A program made the translations under genes and the position numbers. The notes under the pieces are model-generated. The model saw nothing but the letters and a program-made list of their open reading frames with translations, had not been told where the DNA came from and searched no databases. Of a stretch of DNA of 61,467 nt, positions 8,598 through 18,710 are shown piece by piece. This stretch comes from a virus (taxonomy: Duplodnaviria; Caudoviricetes). The first letter of the stretch is position 1; each line of letters starts with the position of its first letter. The stretch covers positions 1 through 61,467 of IMG/VR virus record IMGVR_UViG_3300007609_000021; one strand, written 5' to 3'.

Positions 8598-9337
8598 TGA
8601 AAAAGGCTCAGTTAAATGACATACTAAAAAAGCTAGAAGAAGATGAACTGTACTACGGTGATTTCGGAAAACAGTTTTTATCAAACTCTAACATAGGAAC
8701 TCTTTTAACTGATCCTCTTATGTTACACCAGCCACAACCCGCTAATCCGAACTTGGTAAAAGGAGCTTACTTCCATACATTAGTATTGGAACCGGAAAAA
8801 CTGAATAGGTATAAGATTATTGATGCAAAGACCCGTAACAATAATGAATATAAAGCCTTAACTAATCCAGAGATATGTTTGCTTCAACATGAAGCAGATA
8901 TGCTGCAAGCTTTGAATGAAACTTTGTTGGCTAATGAAACTGCAAAAGGCTTGATACAAGACATAGATGTTGAGTACGAAGTTCCAGGCCTCATACAATT
9001 AGCGGGTGAATGGTGGAAATGTAAAACAGATATTAAGAACAACACTCAAGGAGTTATTGTTGATCTTAAGACAAGTGGAGACATAACGCGTTTTGAACAA
9101 AGCGCAAGAAATTATAATTACGATAGCCAAGCATTTATATATTCAAGTTATTTTAATATGGATTTTATTTTCTTGGTTATAGATAAAAAAACAAAAAAAA
9201 TTGGTATCTTTGATTGTTCACCACAATTTTTAGAGCGTGGTAAATTTAAAGTTGAAGAGGCCGCCGAGCAGTACAGATTGTACTACAAGGATCAAAGTTT
9301 CGATCCTAAGAATTATTTTATAAGTAAAACCCTTTAA
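8597..9337 (+). CDS. RecE/exonuclease VIII-like PD-(D/E)XK nuclease
   Basis: LSNS, GAYFHTLVLEP, KCKTD, IVDLKT and YNYDSQAFIY motifs. Confidence 0.8.
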   Translation: MKKAQLNDILKKLEEDELYYGDFGKQFLSNSNIGTLLTDPLMLHQPQPANPNLVKGAYFHTLVLEPEKLNRYKIIDAKTRNNNEYKALTNPEICLLQHEADMLQALNETLLANETAKGLIQDIDVEYEVPGLIQLAGEWWKCKTDIKNNTQGVIVDLKTSGDITRFEQSARNYNYDSQAFIYSSYFNMDFIFLVIDKKTKKIGIFDCSPQFLERGKFKVEEAAEQYRLYYKDQSFDPKNYFISKTL

Positions 9338-9347
9338 ACCAAAAATT

Positions 9348-9509
9348 ATGGCACAAATTAAAAAATGTAGTGTAACAGGCATTGAAACCGATGCAAGCAA
9401 TTTTTATCCTGGACAAACCAGAGTAAAAGCAGTAGATAACCTTAGAAGAATTTCTGGGTTAAATACAAAACAATTAAGAAGAACATTTGAACAATTAAAA
9501 ACTTATTAA
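9348..9509 (+). CDS. Small hypothetical protein (53 aa, below ORF-track cutoff)
   Basis: MAQIKKCSVTG...; fills the gap between operon genes. Confidence 0.55.
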   Translation: MAQIKKCSVTGIETDASNFYPGQTRVKAVDNLRRISGLNTKQLRRTFEQLKTY

Positions 9510-9510
9510 A

Positions 9511-9822
9511 ATGGCAGGAATTATCAATGGTAGTATCAACCTTAGTATGATACCAAAAGACAAAATTATTGACGGCAAAAAAGGAAAGTATTTGCCAATT
9601 ACAATTACAATTAATGATGAACCAGATCAGTTTGGTCAGCAAGGACCAATTACTGTATCTCAGTCAAAAGAAGAAAGAGAAGCCAAAGGCGATAGAGTAT
9701 TCTTAGGCAACATTAATGTAGCGTGGACAAATGGAACATTTCCAGATAGAGTTCCTCGCGATGGACAACAGGCCGCAGCTCCTGCTCAACAAGCTGCACC
9801 AGCGGATGATCTTCCGTTTTAG
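9511..9822 (+). CDS. Probable ssDNA-binding protein
   Basis: Small beta-rich protein ending DDLPF, located in the replication module. Confidence 0.7.
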   Translation: MAGIINGSINLSMIPKDKIIDGKKGKYLPITITINDEPDQFGQQGPITVSQSKEEREAKGDRVFLGNINVAWTNGTFPDRVPRDGQQAAAPAQQAAPADDLPF

Positions 9823-9843
9823 TAAATTGTCATAATGTGTGTT

Positions 9844-9878
9844 AATAAGGGGAGTATGAAGAGCTTCCCTTATTTTAA
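9844..9878 (+). terminator. Rho-independent terminator
   Basis: aataaggggag...cttcccttatt hairpin followed by T-rich sequence. Confidence 0.6.
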
Positions 9879-9899
9879 TTAACTTTAATTTTTTACCCG

Positions 9900-11621
9900 A
9901 TGCAAACAACGGAGATAAACGGATTTCAAATAGAACATTTTAACCAGTATGATTTACAAGTAGGTAAACCAGAAGGTATCTGTCCTATATGTTCCGAACA
10001 TAGAAAACCCGAGAATAAGAAAGCTAAATGTGCATCTTATGATTGGGAAAGAGGGCTAGGCACTTGCCATCATTGCTCAAACACATTTCAACTTCACACA
10101 TACCAGCGCAAAGGAAACGCTGAAAAGATCTACGTTAAACCAGAACCAATACAACCTAAAGAAGTAAGTACTAAAGTTAAACAATGGTTTCAAAGTAGAG
10201 GAATTTCAAACGATACATTAAAAGCTCTTAAAGTTACTGAAGGCTTAGAGTATATGCCACAAACTGGCAAAGAAGAGAATACTATTCATTTCAACTATTT
10301 TATGGGTGATGAACTTATAAATGTAAAGTATAGAGATGGAAGAAAAAACTTTAAGCTTTATAAAGGTGCTGAAAAAGTTTTCTATAACATAAATGCAATA
10401 GTTGGCTATGAGTATTGCGTAATTGTAGAAGGCGAGATGGATGCCCTTAGTCTGCATGAAGCTGGAATATCTAATGTTGTTTCTGTTCCTAATGGGGCAA
10501 CACTGGGTACAAATAATTTAGATTATTTAGACAACTGTATAGATTACTTTACTGATAAAGAAAAAGTAATACTAGCTTTAGACGGAGACGAGGCTGGTCA
10601 AGCCTTGCAACAAGAGTTTATTAGAAGACTCGGAGCTGAGGTTTGCTTTATAGCAACTTTTGATGACTGCAAAGATTCAAACGAATATTTATTAAAACAT
10701 GGAAAAGAAAGTCTGGCGCAGCGTATTACCGGTGCAAAGCCAGTACCCCTCGAAGGAGTTACAACCTTCAAAGACATCGAAGATGAGATCACGGACTTCG
10801 TTAGAAACGGATTCAAACCAGGTTACCAAGTCGGATTATCTAATTTTGATTCTATATTTAGTACTTATACCGGTCAGTTCATTACTGTTACTGGGATCCC
10901 TAGTAGTGGCAAGTCTGATTTCGTTGATCAGATGGTTGTGGGGTATAATATGAAATATGGTTGGAAAACAGCATTTGCTTCACCTGAAAACGCACCAACA
11001 TATTTGCACGCTCATAAGCTAATGAGAAAAGTATGGGGAGATATGCCATCTAAACAAGATATTGGTAATGGCAAATGGAACCAAGTAGCAGAACACTGCA
11101 ACGCTAACTTCTACCATATTGATATGGATCGATATAGTTTAGAAGGAGTACTTAGAAAAGGCGCTGAGCTAGTTAAGCGTAAAGGAATTAAATGTTTAGT
11201 TATTGATCCTTTTAATAAGGTTAGAGACTATGACGGCAATTCTGGTGACGTTAATGCTTACACCCTTGAGTACTTAACTAAGATTGAAATATTTGCAAAG
11301 AAATATGATGTTTTAGTTATAATAGTTGCACACCCTACAAAAATGTATAAGGATGCTAATGGCAAAATTGAAGAGCCTACTATGTACAACATTAAAGGTG
11401 GTGGAGAATGGTATGATGCTTCTTACCACGGATTATTAGTGCACAGGGATTATGAAAATAAAACCGTTAAAGCTAAAGTACTTAAAGTTAAGTTCCAAAA
11501 CTTAGGGGAGAATGGAGCTGAAGCTCATTTTAAATGGGAGCATAAGTCAGGATGCTTCTTACCAATACGAGATCCTAACCAGTCTATTGCTGACAAAGAC
11601 GCAATGCCTTGGGAAATGTAA
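9900..11621 (+). CDS. T7 gp4/Twinkle-like primase-helicase
   Basis: N-terminal Zn finger (CPIC..CHHC), TOPRIM (VEGEMD, LDGD), Walker A GIPSSGKS, LVIDP and VAHP motifs. Confidence 0.93.
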   Translation: MQTTEINGFQIEHFNQYDLQVGKPEGICPICSEHRKPENKKAKCASYDWERGLGTCHHCSNTFQLHTYQRKGNAEKIYVKPEPIQPKEVSTKVKQWFQSRGISNDTLKALKVTEGLEYMPQTGKEENTIHFNYFMGDELINVKYRDGRKNFKLYKGAEKVFYNINAIVGYEYCVIVEGEMDALSLHEAGISNVVSVPNGATLGTNNLDYLDNCIDYFTDKEKVILALDGDEAGQALQQEFIRRLGAEVCFIATFDDCKDSNEYLLKHGKESLAQRITGAKPVPLEGVTTFKDIEDEITDFVRNGFKPGYQVGLSNFDSIFSTYTGQFITVTGIPSSGKSDFVDQMVVGYNMKYGWKTAFASPENAPTYLHAHKLMRKVWGDMPSKQDIGNGKWNQVAEHCNANFYHIDMDRYSLEGVLRKGAELVKRKGIKCLVIDPFNKVRDYDGNSGDVNAYTLEYLTKIEIFAKKYDVLVIIVAHPTKMYKDANGKIEEPTMYNIKGGGEWYDASYHGLLVHRDYENKTVKAKVLKVKFQNLGENGAEAHFKWEHKSGCFLPIRDPNQSIADKDAMPWEM

Positions 11622-11902
11622 TGGGTAGCGGATTAAAAAATAAAAAGAAAAACAATTTGCCAGATAACTATATTGCAAATGAAGAGGAAGCTAAAGCTTA
11701 TAAGTGGTGTTTGCATAACAACATAAGAGTTGGCCTTCAAGCAATAGAGTACGTACAGAACCCAGATAAGTGGAAGATAGCTATAAGTATAGGAGAGAAC
11801 TATAAAGCTTTTCATTTGTCACCTAGCGTATACACAAAAGACAATGTGTGGCAGGAATATTACAAAGCATGCTTATATTATTACAACAAACACAATAAAT
11901 AA
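11609..11902 (+). CDS. Hypothetical protein
   Basis: Coupled ORF. Confidence 0.6.
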   Translation: MGNVMGSGLKNKKKNNLPDNYIANEEEAKAYKWCLHNNIRVGLQAIEYVQNPDKWKIAISIGENYKAFHLSPSVYTKDNVWQEYYKACLYYYNKHNK

Positions 11903-12717
11903 TGAATATTCAAGAAGAGTACAACAAACTAATGTCAGAAGCCTTATATCAAGGCAAAAAGAAATCCGATCGCACGGGTACTGGAACCTTAAGCTTGTTT
12001 GGCAGAACAATTAGACACGATATGAGCGAAGGCTTTCCTTTGCTTACTACAAAGAAAGTTTGGTTCAATGCTGCTTTAACGGAAATCCTATGGATTTTAC
12101 AAGGCAGAACTGATATAACTTATTTGCAACAGCATAAAGTTCACTACTGGGATGCTGATTATGAAAGATCAGGTAGAACAGATAATACTTTAGGCCCTGT
12201 ATACGGCAAACAATGGCGCGATTTCGGTGGCGTAGATCAGCTTAAAAACCTTTTGGCAGATATTAAGACTAATCCTGATTCAAGACGTCTTATAGTTAGC
12301 GCATGGAACCCAATTGAAATGAATGATATGGCATTGCCTCCTTGTCATTACGGTTTTCAAGTTTATATTAATGATGGAGTTATTGATTTAATGTGGCAGC
12401 AACGCTCTGTAGATATATTTTTAGGTTTACCTTATGATATTGCAATGTATGGATTGCTATTAGAATTTTTAGCTAAGGGCAATGGATTAAAAGCTGGTTC
12501 ATTAATTGGACAGTTAGGTGATTGTCATCTTTATAGCAATCATTTAAAACAAGCTTCTGAACAATTAGAAAGATATACGTACGAGTTACCAACAATTAGC
12601 GTTGAACACGGTTTATATCTTGACAACGATGCTATTTTTATGCCAGTACATAATTCAGTATCTTTAAATAATTACAAATCTCACCCTGCAATCAAGGCTC
12701 CTTTGTCTGTAGGATAA
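11902..12717 (+). CDS. thyA: Thymidylate synthase
   Basis: DRTGTGT, FPLLTTKK, MALPPCH, QRSVD and GLPYD motifs. Confidence 0.96.
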   Translation: MNIQEEYNKLMSEALYQGKKKSDRTGTGTLSLFGRTIRHDMSEGFPLLTTKKVWFNAALTEILWILQGRTDITYLQQHKVHYWDADYERSGRTDNTLGPVYGKQWRDFGGVDQLKNLLADIKTNPDSRRLIVSAWNPIEMNDMALPPCHYGFQVYINDGVIDLMWQQRSVDIFLGLPYDIAMYGLLLEFLAKGNGLKAGSLIGQLGDCHLYSNHLKQASEQLERYTYELPTISVEHGLYLDNDAIFMPVHNSVSLNNYKSHPAIKAPLSVG

Positions 12718-12728
12718 AACCAACCAAT

Positions 12729-13526
12729 ATGTTTTACATCTACCATATCCCAGGTAAGAAAATAGGCGTAACACGTAATTTAAATAAACGCGTTACTGAA
12801 CAGCAAGGCTATAAAAAAGGTGAATACGAAATCTTAGAAAAGTCTGAAGATATAAGTTATGTATCTAAAAAAGAATTAGCCTTACAAAAAGCTTATGGCT
12901 ATAAAGTTGATAGACAATTATATTCTGAATTAAATAAAATTAAATCCAATAAAATGAAACTAAACGTAACGGAACAAACAACTACTTTCCCCGTGCCTTT
13001 AAATAAACTTAAAGGACATTTAATGGACAATAAAGGTCTTAAATGGGAAACATCATTAGGTGAGTTTAAAATTTCTAAGAAAACAGTTGAATGGTTAGTG
13101 CACAATGCAAAACCAAGTATGTATAACAACGATAGATGTTTTATTTATAATAAAGCATATCACGAGGCGTTTATAGCTGAGCCAGCTTTAGAGCCTACTA
13201 ATACAAAGTTTGAATTAATAAGACAATGGGCTCAAGAACGAGGAATATATGACAAAGGAGATACAAAAACGCAGTATATTAAATTACTTGAAGAAACTGG
13301 TGAATTGGCTAAGGCAATCCTTAACAATGACAGACCAGAAATTATTGACGCTATTGGGGATTGTGTTGTGGTTCTTACTAATCTGGCCAAGCTCGCTGAT
13401 CTTAATATTGAAGATTGTATCGATAGTGCTTATAACGAGATCTCTGCTAGAAAAGGAAAAATGATTAACGGTACTTTTGTTAAAGAAGAGACTCTTAAGC
13501 ATAAGGAAATAAACTTTCACTTGTAA
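12729..13526 (+). CDS. MazG-like NTP pyrophosphatase with N-terminal GIY-YIG-like extension
   Basis: C-terminal KLLEETGELAKA...IDAIGD; N-terminal FYIYH..KIGVT..LNKR. Confidence 0.7.
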   Translation: MFYIYHIPGKKIGVTRNLNKRVTEQQGYKKGEYEILEKSEDISYVSKKELALQKAYGYKVDRQLYSELNKIKSNKMKLNVTEQTTTFPVPLNKLKGHLMDNKGLKWETSLGEFKISKKTVEWLVHNAKPSMYNNDRCFIYNKAYHEAFIAEPALEPTNTKFELIRQWAQERGIYDKGDTKTQYIKLLEETGELAKAILNNDRPEIIDAIGDCVVVLTNLAKLADLNIEDCIDSAYNEISARKGKMINGTFVKEETLKHKEINFHL

Positions 13527-13816
13527 TGGCTACTAAAAAAGAAATTACATTTCGCGATCCAGTTATAGAAAGCGTTGTAGATAAGTTTGTTGAAAGATCT
13601 AACGTAGGTTTTAAAAAGTATGGTGTTACTCTTGATCAAGATCCTGGAGATCTTAATGTTTGGATGACACACCTGCAAGAAGAACTTATGGATGCTGTTA
13701 ACTATATTGAAAAGCTTAAACGCGTTACCACTGAAGTTTTACAAGATAAGCTTGTAGAAAAGTATGAAGCGTCTCATGACGGTCATATGCTAGACAATGA
13801 TGACTTATGGCAATAA
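13526..13816 (+). CDS. Small all-alpha nucleotide pyrophosphohydrolase-like protein
   Basis: GFKKYG...HLQEELMDAVNY motif. Confidence 0.55.
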   Translation: MATKKEITFRDPVIESVVDKFVERSNVGFKKYGVTLDQDPGDLNVWMTHLQEELMDAVNYIEKLKRVTTEVLQDKLVEKYEASHDGHMLDNDDLWQ

Positions 13817-14265
13817 AAAGAAGGAGTAAAAAAAGAGGGCCAGTAAAAGCAAAGAAGGTATCATTTGATGGTATCGACTTTGCTTCGGGGCTTGAAAAGT
13901 ATATGTATATGGCTTTGAAAAAAGCTAAGATACGATCTAAGTATGAAGGAGAAACATTTGTTTTGTTAAATGGTTTTCATTTTGAAAACGAGGTTTATGA
14001 GAAACAATCAAATGGTAAAGGTGATTATATAAATAGAGGTAATAAAAGAATATTACCAATCAAGTATACACCGGATTTTATAGGTGATGATTTTATAATA
14101 GAAACAAAAGGTAGAGCCAATGAGTCTTTCCCTATGAGGTGGAAGTTGTTTAAAAAACTTGTTTCAGAGCAATTTCCTAACATTACTTTATATAAACCTC
14201 AAAACCAAAAAGACTGTGATAGGACTGTAGAATTAATATTAGAAAAAAGAAATGCAAAAAAATAA
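13807..14265 (+). CDS. T7 endonuclease I-like Holliday junction resolvase
   Basis: FASGLE, YTPDF and IIETKG motifs. Confidence 0.8.
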   Translation: MAIKRRSKKRGPVKAKKVSFDGIDFASGLEKYMYMALKKAKIRSKYEGETFVLLNGFHFENEVYEKQSNGKGDYINRGNKRILPIKYTPDFIGDDFIIETKGRANESFPMRWKLFKKLVSEQFPNITLYKPQNQKDCDRTVELILEKRNAKK

Positions 14266-14718
14266 ACTAGCTAATATTAAGCAACAAAAAGCCATATCTA
14301 AATCAATGTACCAAAAACGAAAGGTAGATCAATTTGTTAAATGGAGTTTTGAAATAAAAAATAAAGTCTACTGGCGTGAATTAGTTGACTTACAAAATCA
14401 ATTAGGAATTAAAGTAGAATAATTATGAAAGACTTTGAATTAACAATAGGACTTTATCCTGGTATTTTGTTAGGAATTAGGACTTATCCTCAGCCAAACT
14501 CAACGCTGCATGTGCTATATTTACCATTCGTAGATGTATGTTTAGAGCTATTTGACAATGAATAACGACAAAGCTGCCACTATAGAATGGTGGGTGGACG
14601 ATATGCTTACAGAAATGCAAGCACTAAAAAATAAGGGGGTCACTAAAAAAGACCTCCTTTTATACCTAGACTCATGGGAGTCAACATTAAGAACAATTAA
14701 AACAATAACAAAAGACTA

Positions 14719-15687
14719 ATGGGATTATTTACACCGAGAATTGAGTACAAACCTTTTGAATATCCAATCTACTTTACTGAAGGTTGGTTAAAACAAGCGC
14801 AGGCATTTTGGTTACACACTGAGATTAGTATGTCAGGAGATGTTAAAGACTGGAATGAAAAGCTAACAGCTGAAGAAAAAAGTTTAGTAGGTAACATATT
14901 ATTAGGTTTTGCACAAACAGAATGTGCTGTATCTGACTACTGGACACAAAAAGTGGTTGGTTGGTTTCCTAAGCATGAAATACAGCAAATGGCTATGATG
15001 TTTGGTTCTCAAGAAACAATCCACGCAGTCGCATATTCTTATTTAAATGAAACACTTGGACTTGAAGACTTTAAAGCATTTTTGCAAGATGAAGCTACCA
15101 TGGATAGGTTTAATAACCTGGTTGCGTATGAAGGAACGGATACGAAAGGTATTGGTACATCTTTGGCAATCTTTTCCGCCTTTGCGGAGGGAGTAAGTTT
15201 ATATTCTGCTTTTGCGGTATTATATAGCTTTCAATTAAGAAACCTATTAAAAGGGATTGGACAGCAAATGAAATGGTCTGTACGAGATGAATCTTTGCAT
15301 TCTAAAATGGGTTGTCAGCTATTTAGACACATGTGCGAAGAAGATAAAGAATTATTAAATAATTGTAGAGAAGATGTTTTAGCAGCTGCTACATCAATGT
15401 TACAGGCAGAAGAAAACTATATTGACAAAATGTTCGAAGCAGGAGACGTTGAAGGAATTAAAGCTTACGATCTCAAACAATTTATTAGAAAGAGACTTAA
15501 CGAAAAACTCGTTGAACTTGGATACGTCGACCTTGGGTCCTACTTTTCATTTGACACAAAAGGATCAAAAAACCTCGACTGGTTCTATCACCTTACAGGT
15601 GGCGTTACTCATACTGATTTTTTTGCTACTCGTCCAACAGACTACAGCAAAGCAGGTGAAGGAGAAGATTTTGAAGATATATGGTAA
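14719..15687 (+). CDS. nrdB: Class I ribonucleotide reductase beta subunit
   Basis: QAFW, ETIHAVAY, EGVSLYSAF and RDESLH dimetal-carboxylate motifs. Confidence 0.93.
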   Translation: MGLFTPRIEYKPFEYPIYFTEGWLKQAQAFWLHTEISMSGDVKDWNEKLTAEEKSLVGNILLGFAQTECAVSDYWTQKVVGWFPKHEIQQMAMMFGSQETIHAVAYSYLNETLGLEDFKAFLQDEATMDRFNNLVAYEGTDTKGIGTSLAIFSAFAEGVSLYSAFAVLYSFQLRNLLKGIGQQMKWSVRDESLHSKMGCQLFRHMCEEDKELLNNCREDVLAAATSMLQAEENYIDKMFEAGDVEGIKAYDLKQFIRKRLNEKLVELGYVDLGSYFSFDTKGSKNLDWFYHLTGGVTHTDFFATRPTDYSKAGEGEDFEDIW

Positions 15688-15702
15688 ATTAAATTAAATA
15701 AA

Positions 15703-15891
15703 ATGAAAGAGCAGACTTTATTAGAAATGAAAAACAAAATTGAAATGCTTGGTGGTTTAGTCCAACAAGTAATTCAAGAAATGAGTAACCTAAAAGATTT
15801 GTCTATTGGTAGTTTAGAAACAATCAAAAGAATGCCAGGTTACAAAGATGCAATAGATGAATTAATAGAAGAATCAAAAAAAGATAAATAA
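15703..15891 (+). CDS. Hypothetical protein (62 aa)
   Basis: Lies between the RNR subunit genes; translationally coupled. Confidence 0.6.
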   Translation: MKEQTLLEMKNKIEMLGGLVQQVIQEMSNLKDLSIGSLETIKRMPGYKDAIDELIEESKKDK

Positions 15892-17663
15892 TGAGCTGGA
15901 ACAACGACTGGGTTAAAGGAGTAGACTATCCCTCTTGGGGAAACACTGAGGTGTATAAAAAAACTATTGTTGGTGGATACCTATTGTCAGGTGAAACACC
16001 AAAAGACGCTTATATGCGTGTAGCAAATACTGTTGCAAGGCGTTTATACAAGCCAGAATTGGCAGATAAGTTTTTTCAGTACATATGGAAAGGCTGGTTG
16101 AATTTAGCTTCTCCAGTGCTCTCTAATACAGGCACAGATAGGGGTTTACCTATATCATGCTTTGGTATTGATGTTGGAGATAGCATACAAGAGATTGGTG
16201 CTAAAAACTTAGAAATGATGTTACTGGCTAAACACGGCGGGGGAGTTGGTATCGGAATTAATATGATTCGTCCTGCTGGAGCTAAAATAACAGGAAATGG
16301 CACATCAGATGGGGTCGTACCCTTTTGTAAAATATATGACTCCACAATTCTTGCAACTAATCAAGGATCAGTTAGACGTGGAGCAGCTAGTGTTAATATT
16401 AACATTGATCACGACGACTTCGAGGAATGGCTTGAAATTAGAGAACCAAAAGGTGATGTTAATAGACAATCCCTTAATTTACACCAGTGCGCGGTTATTG
16501 GTGATAAATTTATGCGAAAGCTTGAAGAAGGAGATTCAACGGCTAGAAGAAAGTGGAGTAAGCTCTTGCAAAAAAGAAAAGCAACTGGAGAACCTTACGT
16601 CTTGTTTAAAGGAAATACAAACAAGAGCAACCCTGAAGCGTACAAGAAAAACGGTTTAAAAGTACATATGACTAATATATGTAGTGAAATAGCATTACAT
16701 ACCGATGAAAATCATAGTTTTGTGTGCTGTTTATCATCATTAAATCTTACGAAATATGAAGAATGGAAAGATACTAATCTTATTTACGACGCAATTTGGT
16801 TCCTTGATGGAGTCCTTGAAGAGTTTTTACAAAAGGCTAAAGGCCTTAAAGGATTTGAAAACTCAGTTCGTTCTGCAGAAAAAGGAAGAGCGCTTGGTCT
16901 TGGAGTCCTTGGGTGGCACACTTACCTCCAACAAAACGGAATACCTTTCGAAGGGCTTCAAGCTCAATTTGAGACTAGGAGAATATTTAGCCAGATTAAA
17001 ATTGAAAGTGAAAGGGCATCACGTGCACTCGCCGAGGTATACGGAGAACCTCTTTGGTGTCGTGACACTGGATTTAGGAATACTCACCTTAGGGCTATTG
17101 CACCTACTGTATCAAATAGTAAGTTATCTGGGAATGTTAGTCCAGGTATCGAGCCTTGGGCTGCGAATGTATTTACAGAACAATCTGCAAAAGGTACGTT
17201 TATTCGCAAAAATAAAGAGCTTATTAAAGTTTTAAAGAAAGTTGGGATTGATACAGAAGAAACCTGGAGCAAGATACTTGAAGATGGCGGAAGTATTCAA
17301 GATATAAATATTTTAGATGATTGGGGATATATAAATAAAAAATTAGTATATTTACCTGATGCATCTGAGCAAGATATGATGAATGGATACGATGCTGTTA
17401 AAGATGTATTTAAAACGTTCAAAGAAATAAATCAGTTGGAACTAGTTAATCAAGCTGGTATACGCCAACAATATATAGATCAGTCTGTAAGTTTGAATTT
17501 AGCATTCCCAAGCACAGCTACACCAAAGTGGATTAATCAAGTACATTTTGAAGCGTGGAAAAAAGGAGTGAAGACTTTATACTACACAAGAACTGAATCA
17601 GTATTAAGAGGAGACATTGCTGCAAAAGCTATGGATCCAGATTGCTTGTCTTGTGATGGGTAA
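15891..17663 (+). CDS. nrdA: Class I ribonucleotide reductase alpha subunit (no ATP cone evident)
   Basis: ISCF, GGGVG, TNICSE, APT, KTLYY and C-terminal CLSC motifs. Confidence 0.94.
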   Translation: MSWNNDWVKGVDYPSWGNTEVYKKTIVGGYLLSGETPKDAYMRVANTVARRLYKPELADKFFQYIWKGWLNLASPVLSNTGTDRGLPISCFGIDVGDSIQEIGAKNLEMMLLAKHGGGVGIGINMIRPAGAKITGNGTSDGVVPFCKIYDSTILATNQGSVRRGAASVNINIDHDDFEEWLEIREPKGDVNRQSLNLHQCAVIGDKFMRKLEEGDSTARRKWSKLLQKRKATGEPYVLFKGNTNKSNPEAYKKNGLKVHMTNICSEIALHTDENHSFVCCLSSLNLTKYEEWKDTNLIYDAIWFLDGVLEEFLQKAKGLKGFENSVRSAEKGRALGLGVLGWHTYLQQNGIPFEGLQAQFETRRIFSQIKIESERASRALAEVYGEPLWCRDTGFRNTHLRAIAPTVSNSKLSGNVSPGIEPWAANVFTEQSAKGTFIRKNKELIKVLKKVGIDTEETWSKILEDGGSIQDINILDDWGYINKKLVYLPDASEQDMMNGYDAVKDVFKTFKEINQLELVNQAGIRQQYIDQSVSLNLAFPSTATPKWINQVHFEAWKKGVKTLYYTRTESVLRGDIAAKAMDPDCLSCDG

Positions 17664-17670
17664 AAAAAAA

Positions 17671-17750
17671 TCACGGAGTAGTTACCCGTGACTTTAGTTA
17701 GTTAGTTGTTCATATTAAACGCCGTTGATTAATTTCTTCGGCGTTTTTTA
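17671..17750. terminator. Terminator hairpins between the convergent genome halves
   Basis: tcacgg...ccgtga (17671-17691) and aaacgccg...cggcgttt plus T-run (17717-17749). Confidence 0.7.
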
Positions 17751-18206
17751 TATTATGCTATACACTGTTTTATTTTTATTTCTTGAAGCCCTTAAATTAC
17801 GCTTTCTATTTTTTTCTGGTCCTACGTAGCTTACATGCACCCAATCAGGGTTTTCATCTGTTCCAAATTCCCATATAAGCTGATCGTATTCTAGGTTGTC
17901 TTTTATGTAGTTAAACATCTCTGCGTTCGTTTTAAAGCCGTGTGTGTCATCTAAATCCATTGCCTGACCATAACAGTGCTGAGATTTTTTAGATCCGCCT
18001 ATGGCTTTATTTAGCTCAGGAGAACGAAAGAAACTATTGATTCTTATTGGTCCACCAACCCACTTGCGTAATGGTTCAAATACATGATAAGCTAAATCCC
18101 TAGCGTTTTTAACCTCATAAGCTCCGGGCTTGTTTTCTATACCTAATCTTTGCGCTGTATTTGATTTAATAAATTCTTTAAAAGATATATGATCGCTAAT
18201 TACCAT
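17748..18206 (-). CDS. Endolysin, peptidase M15A family
   Basis: INSFFRSPELNKAIGGSKKSQHCYGQAMD and WVHVSY motifs. Confidence 0.88.
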   Translation of the reverse strand: MVISDHISFKEFIKSNTAQRLGIENKPGAYEVKNARDLAYHVFEPLRKWVGGPIRINSFFRSPELNKAIGGSKKSQHCYGQAMDLDDTHGFKTNAEMFNYIKDNLEYDQLIWEFGTDENPDWVHVSYVGPEKNRKRNLRASRNKNKTVYSII

Positions 18207-18499
18207 TATTTATTATTTCTTAGTTCTTGTATCAATTCTTCTTGTCTTTCAAAGCTTTTTCTAAAACTTACTCTATCTAGTTTAAAGTCGAGCACTTCGT
18301 TTTCTAATATTCTAATATCAGGAAAAACATAAGTGTTTTGATTAAACCTTAAACTTTTAGCTTCGTCTTCAACTTTTTTTATTCTGTTCTCAAGACCTAA
18401 ATACATATACACGGCTGTACCAACTAATAAAACAATTTGTATCAACCATTTTATGTTTATAGATAACGAGCTATCATCGCTTAGCTTTGGTACAGTCAT
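18206..18499 (-). CDS. Membrane-anchored coiled-coil protein (lysis accessory or spanin-like)
   Basis: One TM helix plus coiled coil, next to the endolysin. Confidence 0.5.
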   Translation of the reverse strand: MTVPKLSDDSSLSINIKWLIQIVLLVGTAVYMYLGLENRIKKVEDEAKSLRFNQNTYVFPDIRILENEVLDFKLDRVSFRKSFERQEELIQELRNNK

Positions 18500-18502
18500 C
18501 TT

Positions 18503-18667
18503 TTATTTTTTACGTCTTTTGTATATTTCAATCCACTTGCTAATAGTATATCCAATGGAAGCTATAAGCAATACAATCTTCAGCCCCATTTCCACGTTAG
18601 AAAATGACACGAGTAATGACACGGCGTTTATCATATATATTTTCAAATCTTCCATTAGTAGTTTCAT
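18503..18667 (-). CDS. Small holin-like membrane protein (54 aa, not in ORF track)
   Basis: MKLLMEDLKIYMINAVSLLVSFSNVEMGLKIVLLIASIGYTISKWIEIYKRRKK: hydrophobic with a basic tail, in the lysis cluster. Confidence 0.55.
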   Translation of the reverse strand: MKLLMEDLKIYMINAVSLLVSFSNVEMGLKIVLLIASIGYTISKWIEIYKRRKK

Positions 18668-18710
18668 TGGTGCATATTATAGTTTTACACTTAATTAGTT
18701 TATTTTACTG

